A DNA stretch of 64,000 bases from a bacterium (GTDB lineage Bacteria; Patescibacteriota; Minisyncoccia; JAUYLV01): assembly GCA_030649025.1 (NCBI GenBank), contig JAUSGO010000031.1:9745-73744 (forward strand), written 5' to 3'. Made by a program: the position numbers and the translations under genes. The notes under the pieces were generated by a model. It was not told the DNA's origin, ran no database searches, and was given only the letters and a program-made list of their open reading frames with translations. How positions within the stretch are numbered: the stretch's first letter is position 1; each line of letters starts with the position of its first letter. Below, piece by piece: positions 9,569-17,807 of the stretch.

Positions 9569-10624
9569 TCAGATTCGGCTTCGGCTAACCGCAAAGTTGC
9601 GCCATCTGGGGCTTGTGAATTCGCGCCTGCCAAGAATCCCCGCCTTAGCTCCGAAATGCTCCACAACCGAGGTTGCGTTCGCCGAGCCCAGGCGCATAGC
9701 ATATTTAATGACATCCGGCGGGTATATATCGCACACCGCCGCCTTTTTCTTTCTTGCTCCTTGCTCCTTGTTCCTTGTTCCTTGAATCAGCCCCGCCACA
9801 AAACCGGACCCGAAGGCATCCCCAGCTCCCGTACGATTGACCAATTGCTTCTCGCGGAAAACCCCGGCAGTATAGAGATTTGCGCCGTCGGAAACCATAG
9901 CTCCATGCGCTCCATCCGTAAGTACCGCAAGACACGGCATCCATTCATCAATTTTCTTAAAAATGGCCTCGTGTTTCCGATATGGAATACCGGTGATCAT
10001 GCTTGCCTCCTCGCGGTTCATAATAAGCACGTCCACCTGCCGAAGCATGCTTCTAAAATACGCCGCGCCGCGCTTAAGCATGGGAAGCGAAGGATTCAGC
10101 GCCGTGCGGATGCCGTGCGCCCTGGCATACCGCAATGCTTTCTCGCACGTCTTGAATGCACCGCCAGGAAACAGAAAAAACCATCGCGTCTTCAGCTCTT
10201 CCCATGCGATATCTTCCGGAAGAAGGCGTTCGCTCGCTCCCCGATATACTAAAATAGTGCGCTCGCCCCCGGATAGCAGAAGCAGGGAATAGGCCGTGGA
10301 ATATTTTTTTGTTTTCAATAAAAAGCGCGCATCAACATGCTCGCCCAAAAGCCCGCTTCTCACCTCTTCGCCCGACACGTCGCTTCCCACTTTTGCAATG
10401 CATGCGGTTTTCAGTCCCTGCCGGGCAAAGGTCACTGCAGCATTCGTCGCGCCGCCTCCGGTGGTAAAAATTATCCTTGAGACGTCTATCTTTGCTCCTG
10501 CGGGCATAGAGAGCGCCTGTCCGGTCGAAAATTTTCTCTCTTTTCTCAAAACAAACGAGGGGCTTTCTATGAAAGCGTCGCGCGTCGCAGTTCCAATGGT
10601 GATAATGTCGTACACAGGCAACAA
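9569..10624 (-). CDS. PfkB-family carbohydrate kinase (ribokinase-like).
   Basis: TGAGDAF and GG motifs. It carries a low-complexity insert encoded by a ccttgtt tandem repeat at 9740-9790. Confidence 0.8.
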   Translation of the reverse strand: MLPVYDIITIGTATRDAFIESPSFVLRKERKFSTGQALSMPAGAKIDVSRIIFTTGGGATNAAVTFARQGLKTACIAKVGSDVSGEEVRSGLLGEHVDARFLLKTKKYSTAYSLLLLSGGERTILVYRGASERLLPEDIAWEELKTRWFFLFPGGAFKTCEKALRYARAHGIRTALNPSLPMLKRGAAYFRSMLRQVDVLIMNREEASMITGIPYRKHEAIFKKIDEWMPCLAVLTDGAHGAMVSDGANLYTAGVFREKQLVNRTGAGDAFGSGFVAGLIQGTRNKEQGARKKKAAVCDIYPPDVIKYAMRLGSANATSVVEHFGAKAGILGRREFTSPRWRNFAVSRSRI

Positions 10625-10694
10625 AGTGATTGAGTGACCGAGTCACGAAGTGATCGGCATAGGTCTCAACTAGGCTTGAACGATAACAATAATT

Positions 10695-11474
10695 CTATAA
10701 CGGCACTCCTCTTACCGGCATTTCTATAAGCCGAACATGCGGGTCCTCCGTAAGCTGTAAGAGCTTTTCAACACGAACTAGAGCTTGCACGATATTATCC
10801 GTTCCTTTTTGCTTAACACCGATATCGTCCGACATGACATAGTCATTATAGGTTATGTTTTGTATATAGATATAGACCTTAATGGAACCGCTCGTAATCT
10901 GCAGCCCATTTTTTCTAGCGAATTCCTCATAGTTGGAGGATTGTGTAAGTCCAAAGAGAACGCCTGAAAGCTTGGAAGTGTCTTGAGTTGACGCATCCCT
11001 TTCTTCAATCACTTTTTGTGAAGCATTAATGGCGTTTTGAATTCCTAATTTTGCCGGCTCTGGAACTTTTAAAAGAATGACCTGGAGCACCTGGAGATGT
11101 TTAGTAATAGCTTGCTCGAAACGCGTGGAGAGATCGGTCTCGTTTTTTCCCGATTTTTTTATCTCGCTGATCTTATCAAGTGCCTGCTGGAGCTGATTCT
11201 TATATTTCTCAAGGGTTTTCTCTGCAATATCTGTTTTCTCTTTTTCAATCAATTTCTGGTACTCGGCCATACGCACGTCCGCCAAGTGAAGATATTGTTT
11301 GGCCTTGTTTTCCGCCCCGAAGGTAAAGAAGGTCTGGATATTTTCCTTCCAGGTTTTCAAAAAATAAAAATGGCTGTCGGGCGTGATTCCCGAGTCTGGT
11401 AATCCTTCGGCTTTGGCGAAAACCAAACCAGAAAAAAGCAATGACAAAGCAATTAAAGAGATGGTGTATTTCAT
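10695..11474 (-). CDS. Secreted hypothetical protein. It is AT-rich relative to its surroundings.
   Basis: Signal peptide MKYTISLIALSLLFSGLVFAKA, coiled-coil-rich, compositionally distinct. Confidence 0.5.
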   Translation of the reverse strand: MKYTISLIALSLLFSGLVFAKAEGLPDSGITPDSHFYFLKTWKENIQTFFTFGAENKAKQYLHLADVRMAEYQKLIEKEKTDIAEKTLEKYKNQLQQALDKISEIKKSGKNETDLSTRFEQAITKHLQVLQVILLKVPEPAKLGIQNAINASQKVIEERDASTQDTSKLSGVLFGLTQSSNYEEFARKNGLQITSGSIKVYIYIQNITYNDYVMSDDIGVKQKGTDNIVQALVRVEKLLQLTEDPHVRLIEMPVRGVPL

Positions 11475-11601
11475 ATCTCTAAAAATAACAGATTTCGTAC
11501 TTTTAAAAAATATTTTTCTGGAGATCCGCCGGCTGGTGGAGAGTTAGCCCGCTTCGCCAAAGTTTCAGCGAGGCGAGGAAGTTTTTCTTTCGCGCTGCCA
11601 C

Positions 11602-12591
11602 TCATGACTTTCTCTTAAGTACTTTCTTTATCGCTTCCTTGATAGACCCCACGCCCATGCCGAAGGCTTCAATGAGCTCGTTGGGTTCACCCGATTCGCC
11701 GAAACGGTCGTGAACTCCAACAAATTCCATAGGAACAGGATGGTGCTGTACTAAAATTTCAGCGACGCGCGACCCCATGCCTCCCATAATTTGATGTTCT
11801 TCGACCGTGACCACCGCCCCGCAGGTCTTGGCCGCATTCGTTATTACTTCCTCATCCATCGGCTTTATGGAAGCATTATTCACCACCATACAAGAAATGC
11901 CCTCCTGCTCCAGGTCCCGTGCCGCAAGAAGCGCGTTATAGACGAGGGGACCACAGGCAATAATCGCAACATCTTTCCCTTCCCAAAAAACCTGCGCTTT
12001 GCCGATTTGGAAGGGGGTCTCCTCCGTAGTGAACACCGGCGTTTTTTCCCGCTGGAAACGGAAAAACGCGGGTTTTCCCGTATCGGCTATGGTCATGGTC
12101 ACTTTCCGATTCTCGATAGAATCACATGCAGAAAAAACCTGCATATTGGGCAGAGTGCGCATGATAGCGATATCTTCTATTGCCTGATGCGTCGCGCCAT
12201 CGGGTCCTACGGAAACTCCTGCATGGGCGCCTGCGATTTTCACCGGCTGGTCATTATAGCAGATAGTGGTGCGCACCTGCTCCCAGGCCCTTCCCGGACA
12301 GAACATCGTGTAGGAGGCAACGTAAGGAATCTTCCCCGCTGCGGCCATGCCGGATGCCACGGTAACAAGATTCTGCTCCGCCACACCCATCTGCACAAAT
12401 CTGTCCGGATACGAATCGGCAAACTTTTTTGTCTGCGTCGAGCCCGTAAGATCCGCGCAAAGCGCCACCACATTAGGATTTTTATCCCCGAGTAATTTCA
12501 AACCTTCGCCATACCCCATACGGGTCGGCTCCTGCTTGATCGCAGGATCGAACAGATTCTCAACAAGTTTTGCTTTTGGATTTACGGGCAT
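11602..12591 (-). CDS. Transketolase, C-terminal (pyrimidine-binding) subunit.
   Basis: Matches the transketolase Pyr and C-terminal domains. This is the split-subunit arrangement. Confidence 0.9.
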   Translation of the reverse strand: MPVNPKAKLVENLFDPAIKQEPTRMGYGEGLKLLGDKNPNVVALCADLTGSTQTKKFADSYPDRFVQMGVAEQNLVTVASGMAAAGKIPYVASYTMFCPGRAWEQVRTTICYNDQPVKIAGAHAGVSVGPDGATHQAIEDIAIMRTLPNMQVFSACDSIENRKVTMTIADTGKPAFFRFQREKTPVFTTEETPFQIGKAQVFWEGKDVAIIACGPLVYNALLAARDLEQEGISCMVVNNASIKPMDEEVITNAAKTCGAVVTVEEHQIMGGMGSRVAEILVQHHPVPMEFVGVHDRFGESGEPNELIEAFGMGVGSIKEAIKKVLKRKS

Positions 12592-12766
12592 GTGCGAGCT
12601 ATTAGGTTTATAGCTGATAACTTATAAGTTTTATAATAAGACGTGGCGGGTGGGGAGTCGTCCGCCAGCAGACGGATGGGGCAGCCGACATATTCCATGT
12701 CTATACCATCCCCTCTTTTTATGTTTTTGTTGCGGCGCGCTTAAGACAATTTTTCGAAGACAAAAA

Positions 12767-13249
12767 CTAGTTCGCCACCGTTACGCTCTGCTGTGTAATC
12801 GTTGAATATCCTATCGCGTCCGTCGCAAGCACCGCGATAATATGTTCGCCATTTTTTGCGCCGGCCGTATCCCATGCGAAGACATAAGGCTCCGCTGAAA
12901 AAACGGCAATCTCCGCGCCGTCCAAAAGGAACTTCACCGCCGATGCGTTCTTGTCCGATACCGCGCTTATCTGGATCTTGCCGCTTACGCTAGCATTTTT
13001 TGCCGGAGTAAGGATGCGGACACCGTCCTTCTGCATCATGCTTCCGCGCTTGATTTGCGTCATCATACGGTCTGAAAAATCAAAAAAAGACGTTTGCGTG
13101 CGGTTTGCCCGCGAAATTTCCACAACGGCAAGCAAAAACGCGAAAAACACGAACGCAAACCCCACTATGGTCCCTATCCAGAATGGATACCACTTGGAAA
13201 TCTCGGAACCATTACCCTTCACTAAACGAAAAGAAACATTATCGGGCAT
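12767..13249 (-). CDS. Membrane-anchored hypothetical protein with an Ig-like domain.
   Basis: One TM segment followed by a beta-rich extracellular domain. It lies between the two transketolase subunit genes. Confidence 0.4.
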   Translation of the reverse strand: MPDNVSFRLVKGNGSEISKWYPFWIGTIVGFAFVFFAFLLAVVEISRANRTQTSFFDFSDRMMTQIKRGSMMQKDGVRILTPAKNASVSGKIQISAVSDKNASAVKFLLDGAEIAVFSAEPYVFAWDTAGAKNGEHIIAVLATDAIGYSTITQQSVTVAN

Positions 13250-13305
13250 ACTGCTTGAGCTTCTAGCTTTCGGTTAATAGCTTTTAGAAATATCCATCCC
13301 CAAAA

Positions 13306-13347
13306 GGAGGGTTTCCTATAAGCTACAATCTATGAGCTATAAGCTGA
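13306..13347. repeat. AGCT-rich palindromic intercistronic repeat (TATAAGCT family).
   Basis: Sequence ctataagctacaatctatgagctataagctg. Related copies occur at 24696-24791, 50427-50511, 59466-59537 and 60022-60109. Confidence 0.5.
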
Positions 13348-14211
13348 TTACTCATGTTCGCTTTTTATTTTTCCTCCGAGCGTGCGCAGTTGGTTAAGAA
13401 AATCCTCCGCTTGCTTCTGGTCCTTGGGGGGGATGCCGTGCCATGCGTAATCGAATTCAATGGATTCCACGCCTTTGCCAGGAATATTGTGGGAAATAAT
13501 GCACACGGGTTTTTCATACACCGCGCGCGCCGTTTCATACGCATTTACGATCTCTTCGAAATTATGCCCATTAATGTCGATAACGTGCCAGTTGAACGCC
13601 TCGAATTTTGCGCGTAGGGGTTCGAGCGGCATAATGTCCTCCGTCATGCCGTCGATCTGTATGTTATTGCGGTCAATGAGCACCGTAAGATTGTCGAGCT
13701 TCAGTTTCCCTGCAAGCATGAAGGCTTCCCAGTTATTTCCCGCATCCAACTCTCCGTCGCCGACCAAACAGTGTACCTGCCATTTTTTCTTATCCATGCG
13801 CGCGGCAATGGCCATGCCAACCCCTTGCGACGTTCCGCTGCCCAGTGGCCCCGACGAAGTTTCAATGCCGGGCAATTTCTCGCGGTGCGGATGACCTTGC
13901 AGACGCGAGCCGAATTTTCTGAGCGTTTTTAATTCCTCTTTGGGGAAGTATCCCGCCTCGGCAAGCGTTGCGTAAAGCACGGGGCAGATGTGGCCGTTGG
14001 AGAGAATGATGCGGTCCCGTTCTTCCCAGCCGGGGTTTTTTGGGTCGTGCTTGACAATATGAAAGTAGAGCGCGGTAAACACATCGGCCATGCCCAAGGG
14101 GCCCGCCGTGTGTCCCGAACCTGCCGCAAGCAGCATGGGAATGAGATCTTCCCGTATCGCCTGGGCCTTCGCTTCCAAAAATTTAACTTTGTCGTCGTGA
14201 AGATGGGACAT
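13348..14211 (-). CDS. Transketolase, N-terminal (TPP-binding) subunit.
   Basis: SGHTAGPLGMADV and GDG motifs. Confidence 0.9.
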   Translation of the reverse strand: MSHLHDDKVKFLEAKAQAIREDLIPMLLAAGSGHTAGPLGMADVFTALYFHIVKHDPKNPGWEERDRIILSNGHICPVLYATLAEAGYFPKEELKTLRKFGSRLQGHPHREKLPGIETSSGPLGSGTSQGVGMAIAARMDKKKWQVHCLVGDGELDAGNNWEAFMLAGKLKLDNLTVLIDRNNIQIDGMTEDIMPLEPLRAKFEAFNWHVIDINGHNFEEIVNAYETARAVYEKPVCIISHNIPGKGVESIEFDYAWHGIPPKDQKQAEDFLNQLRTLGGKIKSEHE

Positions 14212-14388
14212 ACTAAAATTGTTTTACGAACCCCGCACTTATTTCAGAGCAAACGTGTGGTGATACGGTTGTTCATCGCGCGGTAGCGGCTTACGCCTCA
14301 CCTCATCTTAAGATAATGATTCTTGCAAGAATAAGTATGGGGTTTTGTTTTGTTTCCAAAAATTTCCAAGAAGTTTTTTGACAAAACA

Positions 14389-15042
14389 TCAAAAAAAACC
14401 TTTCTTTTTCTCAAAGAATCTATGCAAGAACGCCGCACCCAGCGCTCCAAGAACCGGCCCTATCCAATATATGAAGTGTCCCGACCATGAGCCGCTCACC
14501 AAAGCGGGTCCCAGAGCGCGCGCCGGGTTCATTGCAGCACCCGTGAACGGTCCTCCCAAAAGAATATCCATTGCAATGGTAAGCCCAATGATAAGTCCCG
14601 CCAGATTCTTTGCGCCGCTTCCTTCGTCAGTAACGGCGAACACAACAAAAACGAGCAGGAACGTTAAAAGAGCCTCTATCATCATGCCCTGTACCAACGA
14701 GGTTTCGGCTCCAGGAACCGGCGTACCGCCGCCTCCGGCTATGAACGCAACAGGAGCAAGTATGCGCAAAAAAATAGCCGCAACAATCGCGCCGCCTAAT
14801 TGTGCTCCTATGTAAATCCCTATCAGGTCCCTGCCAAGCTTCTTTCTTGCCCACATCGCGATAGACACTGCGGGATTCATGTGCGCCCCGGAAACATGCC
14901 CTACCGCATATACCATCGCGGCGATCGCAAACCCGTGAGCAAGCGCAATGGCCACAAGACCCCCGCCGGCAAGAACGCTGCCTGCACCGATAAAAATAAG
15001 CGCGAATGTGCCGATAAATTCGGCGAGAACGACTTTGAGCAT
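14389..15042 (-). CDS. Aquaporin / MIP-family channel.
   Basis: Two NPA boxes (HMNPAVS, AMNPARA) and six TM segments. Confidence 0.9.
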   Translation of the reverse strand: MLKVVLAEFIGTFALIFIGAGSVLAGGGLVAIALAHGFAIAAMVYAVGHVSGAHMNPAVSIAMWARKKLGRDLIGIYIGAQLGGAIVAAIFLRILAPVAFIAGGGGTPVPGAETSLVQGMMIEALLTFLLVFVVFAVTDEGSGAKNLAGLIIGLTIAMDILLGGPFTGAAMNPARALGPALVSGSWSGHFIYWIGPVLGALGAAFLHRFFEKKKGFF

Positions 15043-15056
15043 AGAATTTACAGATC

Positions 15057-15692
15057 TTAGAGATTCCTAAATTGTTCTACGGTGTGCGCGATGTCCGAAC
15101 TTGAGAAGATCTCGAAACCCGAACAAAGAGCGTTGGCGCCGGCTCCAGCCGCCGCTTTAGCCGTGCCGAGAGCCAAGCTGACGCCACCGTCAACTTCTAT
15201 TATACAAGAAGGGAATTGCCTACGTAAACGCACAACTTTGTCGATAATATCCGACCGCATGGTCTGCCCCGAAGGACCCGGCGTGACGCCCAGCACCAAC
15301 ACATAAGGTGTCAGAGGAGCATGCGGCGCGTAGGCGCCTTCGGGGGTCTCGGGACACAATGCCACTCCGATCTCCCGGCTCTCTTTATCCAGTCGCTCTT
15401 TGATCATAGAAAAATTTGTCGTGGATTCAACGTGCACCAAAAACCTCTTTGCTCCCGTCTTCAGCCATTCGGCAAGATGCTCCTCGGGCCTATCTATCAT
15501 AAGATGCAGCTCGATATTAAGAGGCGTTTTGAAATCATAGAGCGCGGCCGGGTCATTGAATATCTTAACGGACGAAAAAACACCATCGCTCACATCCACG
15601 TGAACCCAATGCACATACGGTTCCACGAGGCGAATACGACGGCGGATCTCTTCAGGATCTTTATGATTGATGGATGGTATAACCTCTATCAT
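15057..15692 (-). CDS. rpe: Ribulose-phosphate 3-epimerase.
   Basis: Rpe TIM-barrel motifs (VHVDVSDG, VDGG). Confidence 0.85.
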   Translation of the reverse strand: MIEVIPSINHKDPEEIRRRIRLVEPYVHWVHVDVSDGVFSSVKIFNDPAALYDFKTPLNIELHLMIDRPEEHLAEWLKTGAKRFLVHVESTTNFSMIKERLDKESREIGVALCPETPEGAYAPHAPLTPYVLVLGVTPGPSGQTMRSDIIDKVVRLRRQFPSCIIEVDGGVSLALGTAKAAAGAGANALCSGFEIFSSSDIAHTVEQFRNL

Positions 15693-16150
15693 GCAGACTT
15701 TTGGGCCGCCTTCTCTATTTCATCAAGTTTTTTCAGCCGGCGCATGTGCCGTTCCTCTCCGGAAAAAGGCGTCTGAAGCCACGTCTTCACTAAATGAAAA
15801 GTTTCTCTTTCGGTAAGATAATCCGCGGCAAGCGACAGAACGTTGGCATTATCATGCAGGCGCGAGAAACGCGCCATCTCGTCCGTTGCGATCAGGGAAC
15901 TGCGCACATTAGGATATTTGTTCGCCGCCACATCCACGCCGACCCCGGACCGGCAAAGCAGAATGCCGCGGTCTTGATCGGGGTTTTTTGAGACGGCCTC
16001 TGCCACTTTGCGCGCAAAATCCGGATAGTCGTCATCCGGGTCGTAGACGGCATTCCCCACATCCGTAAATTCAACACCCATCTCTTGCAGGAGTTTTTTT
16101 ATTTCCTCTTTTTTTTGAAACCCTCCGTGGTCGGAGCCGATGTAAAGCAT
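15689..16150 (-). CDS. rpiB: Ribose-5-phosphate isomerase B.
   Basis: GSDHGG and CGSGVG-type motifs of the RpiB/LacAB family. Confidence 0.9.
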   Translation of the reverse strand: MLYIGSDHGGFQKKEEIKKLLQEMGVEFTDVGNAVYDPDDDYPDFARKVAEAVSKNPDQDRGILLCRSGVGVDVAANKYPNVRSSLIATDEMARFSRLHDNANVLSLAADYLTERETFHLVKTWLQTPFSGEERHMRRLKKLDEIEKAAQKSA

Positions 16151-16151
16151 A

Positions 16152-16262
16152 GCAAAAATTTAAAATGCAAAAGTCAAAATGGAAAATTTAGGAATATCGT
16201 GGAAGTTTTTCTTGCAAGAAAAACTTCCACTCCTTAATTTTGATTTTTGATATTTGATTTTT
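16152..16262. repeat. Family-1 palindromic intergenic element: caaaat-repeat arms flanking a perfect hairpin, MITE/REP-like.
   Basis: Core hairpin GTGGAAGTTTTTCTTGCAAGAAAAACTTCCAC at 16209-16240, flanked by (caaaaNN)n on the left and (ttttgaN)n on the right. It is about 90% identical to the copy at 55926-56040. Confidence 0.7.
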
Positions 16263-16267
16263 TATTT

Positions 16268-16708
16268 TTAGGTGCGGAGCAGTTTAAGGCCCAGGCCGAA
16301 AAACAACAACAAAGACACAAGAATAATCCCAAGCACGATGATGCCCAATACGGTAGAAGCGATCATGAGCAGTCCGTAATGAAATCCGTAGCGCTTCCAT
16401 GACCAGTACGCGGGAAGCACTGTAAAGAGCAATACCGCAATGCCCGCGAGCCACGCCACAAGTAATATCAACGGGCCGGACTCCACTCCGCGCGACACCA
16501 CAAGCCAGCGCACCAAAGAAAGCGATGCGCCCAGCGTTGCCACAGTTACAACCGAGGTAAGTGCGGCATTGAGCAGCACTTCATCGGCATGCTCGCTTGC
16601 GTTATGCGGAGCGTTTTCAAGTTTTTTTATGGCAAGTGAAAGCATCGCGGAAGGAAGAATGCCGACGAGAATATATTTTGCAAAAAATTTAAGAAATTTT
16701 TTAAGCAT
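16268..16708 (-). CDS. Polytopic membrane protein, hypothetical.
   Basis: Multiple hydrophobic segments. Confidence 0.4.
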   Translation of the reverse strand: MLKKFLKFFAKYILVGILPSAMLSLAIKKLENAPHNASEHADEVLLNAALTSVVTVATLGASLSLVRWLVVSRGVESGPLILLVAWLAGIAVLLFTVLPAYWSWKRYGFHYGLLMIASTVLGIIVLGIILVSLLLFFGLGLKLLRT

Positions 16709-16716
16709 ATCCGGTT

Positions 16717-17742
16717 CTATAATAGTTTTCCGGCTTTAATAACATGCTGCAGAAGCGTTGCGGCATACCCCCATTCGTTGTCATACCAGGCAAGCACTTT
16801 CACCAGATCTCCGTCAATAACCTTGGTGAAGGATGTATCGACGATGGACCCGTGCGGATTTCCTATAATGTCGGATGAGACGAGTTGTTCATCGGTTAAG
16901 GCCAATATCCCCTTCCAACGCGGCTCGGCGGCCGCTTTGCGGAAAATATCGTTTATTTCTTCAACCGAGGTTCTTCGAGAAGCTACAAACGTAAAGTCAA
17001 CCAATGACCCCGTCGAGACGGGCACGCGGATCGCGATGCCATCAAACTTCCCGTCAAGTTCCGGCAAGGCTTTTCCGACGGAAATGGCCGCACCCGTGGT
17101 TGAGGGTACGATGTTTTGCGCGCCTGCGCGTCCCCTTCTCCAATCTTTTGCATCGGGACTATCCACGATTTTCTGGGTTGCCGTGTAGGCGTGTACCGTG
17201 GACAGCATGGCTTTTTTAACGCCGGGATTTGCCATCATAACAGCCGCAACCGGGCTTGCGGCGTTAGTGGTGCAGGAAGCATTGGAAGTTACCGCGCATC
17301 CTACCATACGGTCTTCGTTCAGCCCCATAAGCACCGTGACCCCCGCCTCTCCTTCTTTGCCCTTGCCGGGAGCCGAAATAATCACACGCTTGGCGCCTGC
17401 CGTGACATGGGCTGATGCTTTTTCGTAATCTTCAAAAAATCCCGTGCTTTCTATGACTACATCGATCTCCGACTCTTTCCACGGTAATTTTGCCGGGTCT
17501 TTTTCTTGCAGAAATTGGATTTCCTTTCCGTCTACCACAAGCTTGCCCTGTTTTTTATCGCTTCCCACCTGTCTCTCGTATTTTCCGTATACGGTGTCGT
17601 ACTTCAAGAGATAGGCGAGATTCTCAACATCACCCAAATCGTTTACCGCAACGATATCAATGCCGCCATAGTCGAATGCTTGGCGAAAAAATACCCGCCC
17701 TATCCTGCCAAAACCGTTAATGGCTATGCGAAGCTTTTTCAT
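16717..17742 (-). CDS. gap: Glyceraldehyde-3-phosphate dehydrogenase.
   Basis: INGFGRIGR NAD-binding motif and the catalytic ASCTTN region. Confidence 0.92.
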   Translation of the reverse strand: MKKLRIAINGFGRIGRVFFRQAFDYGGIDIVAVNDLGDVENLAYLLKYDTVYGKYERQVGSDKKQGKLVVDGKEIQFLQEKDPAKLPWKESEIDVVIESTGFFEDYEKASAHVTAGAKRVIISAPGKGKEGEAGVTVLMGLNEDRMVGCAVTSNASCTTNAASPVAAVMMANPGVKKAMLSTVHAYTATQKIVDSPDAKDWRRGRAGAQNIVPSTTGAAISVGKALPELDGKFDGIAIRVPVSTGSLVDFTFVASRRTSVEEINDIFRKAAAEPRWKGILALTDEQLVSSDIIGNPHGSIVDTSFTKVIDGDLVKVLAWYDNEWGYAATLLQHVIKAGKLL

Positions 17743-17807
17743 AATGCATGTGCTTGATGCTTATCTATCAGATAATTATATCACGGTATGGTAAAAACAC
17801 GAAGGTA

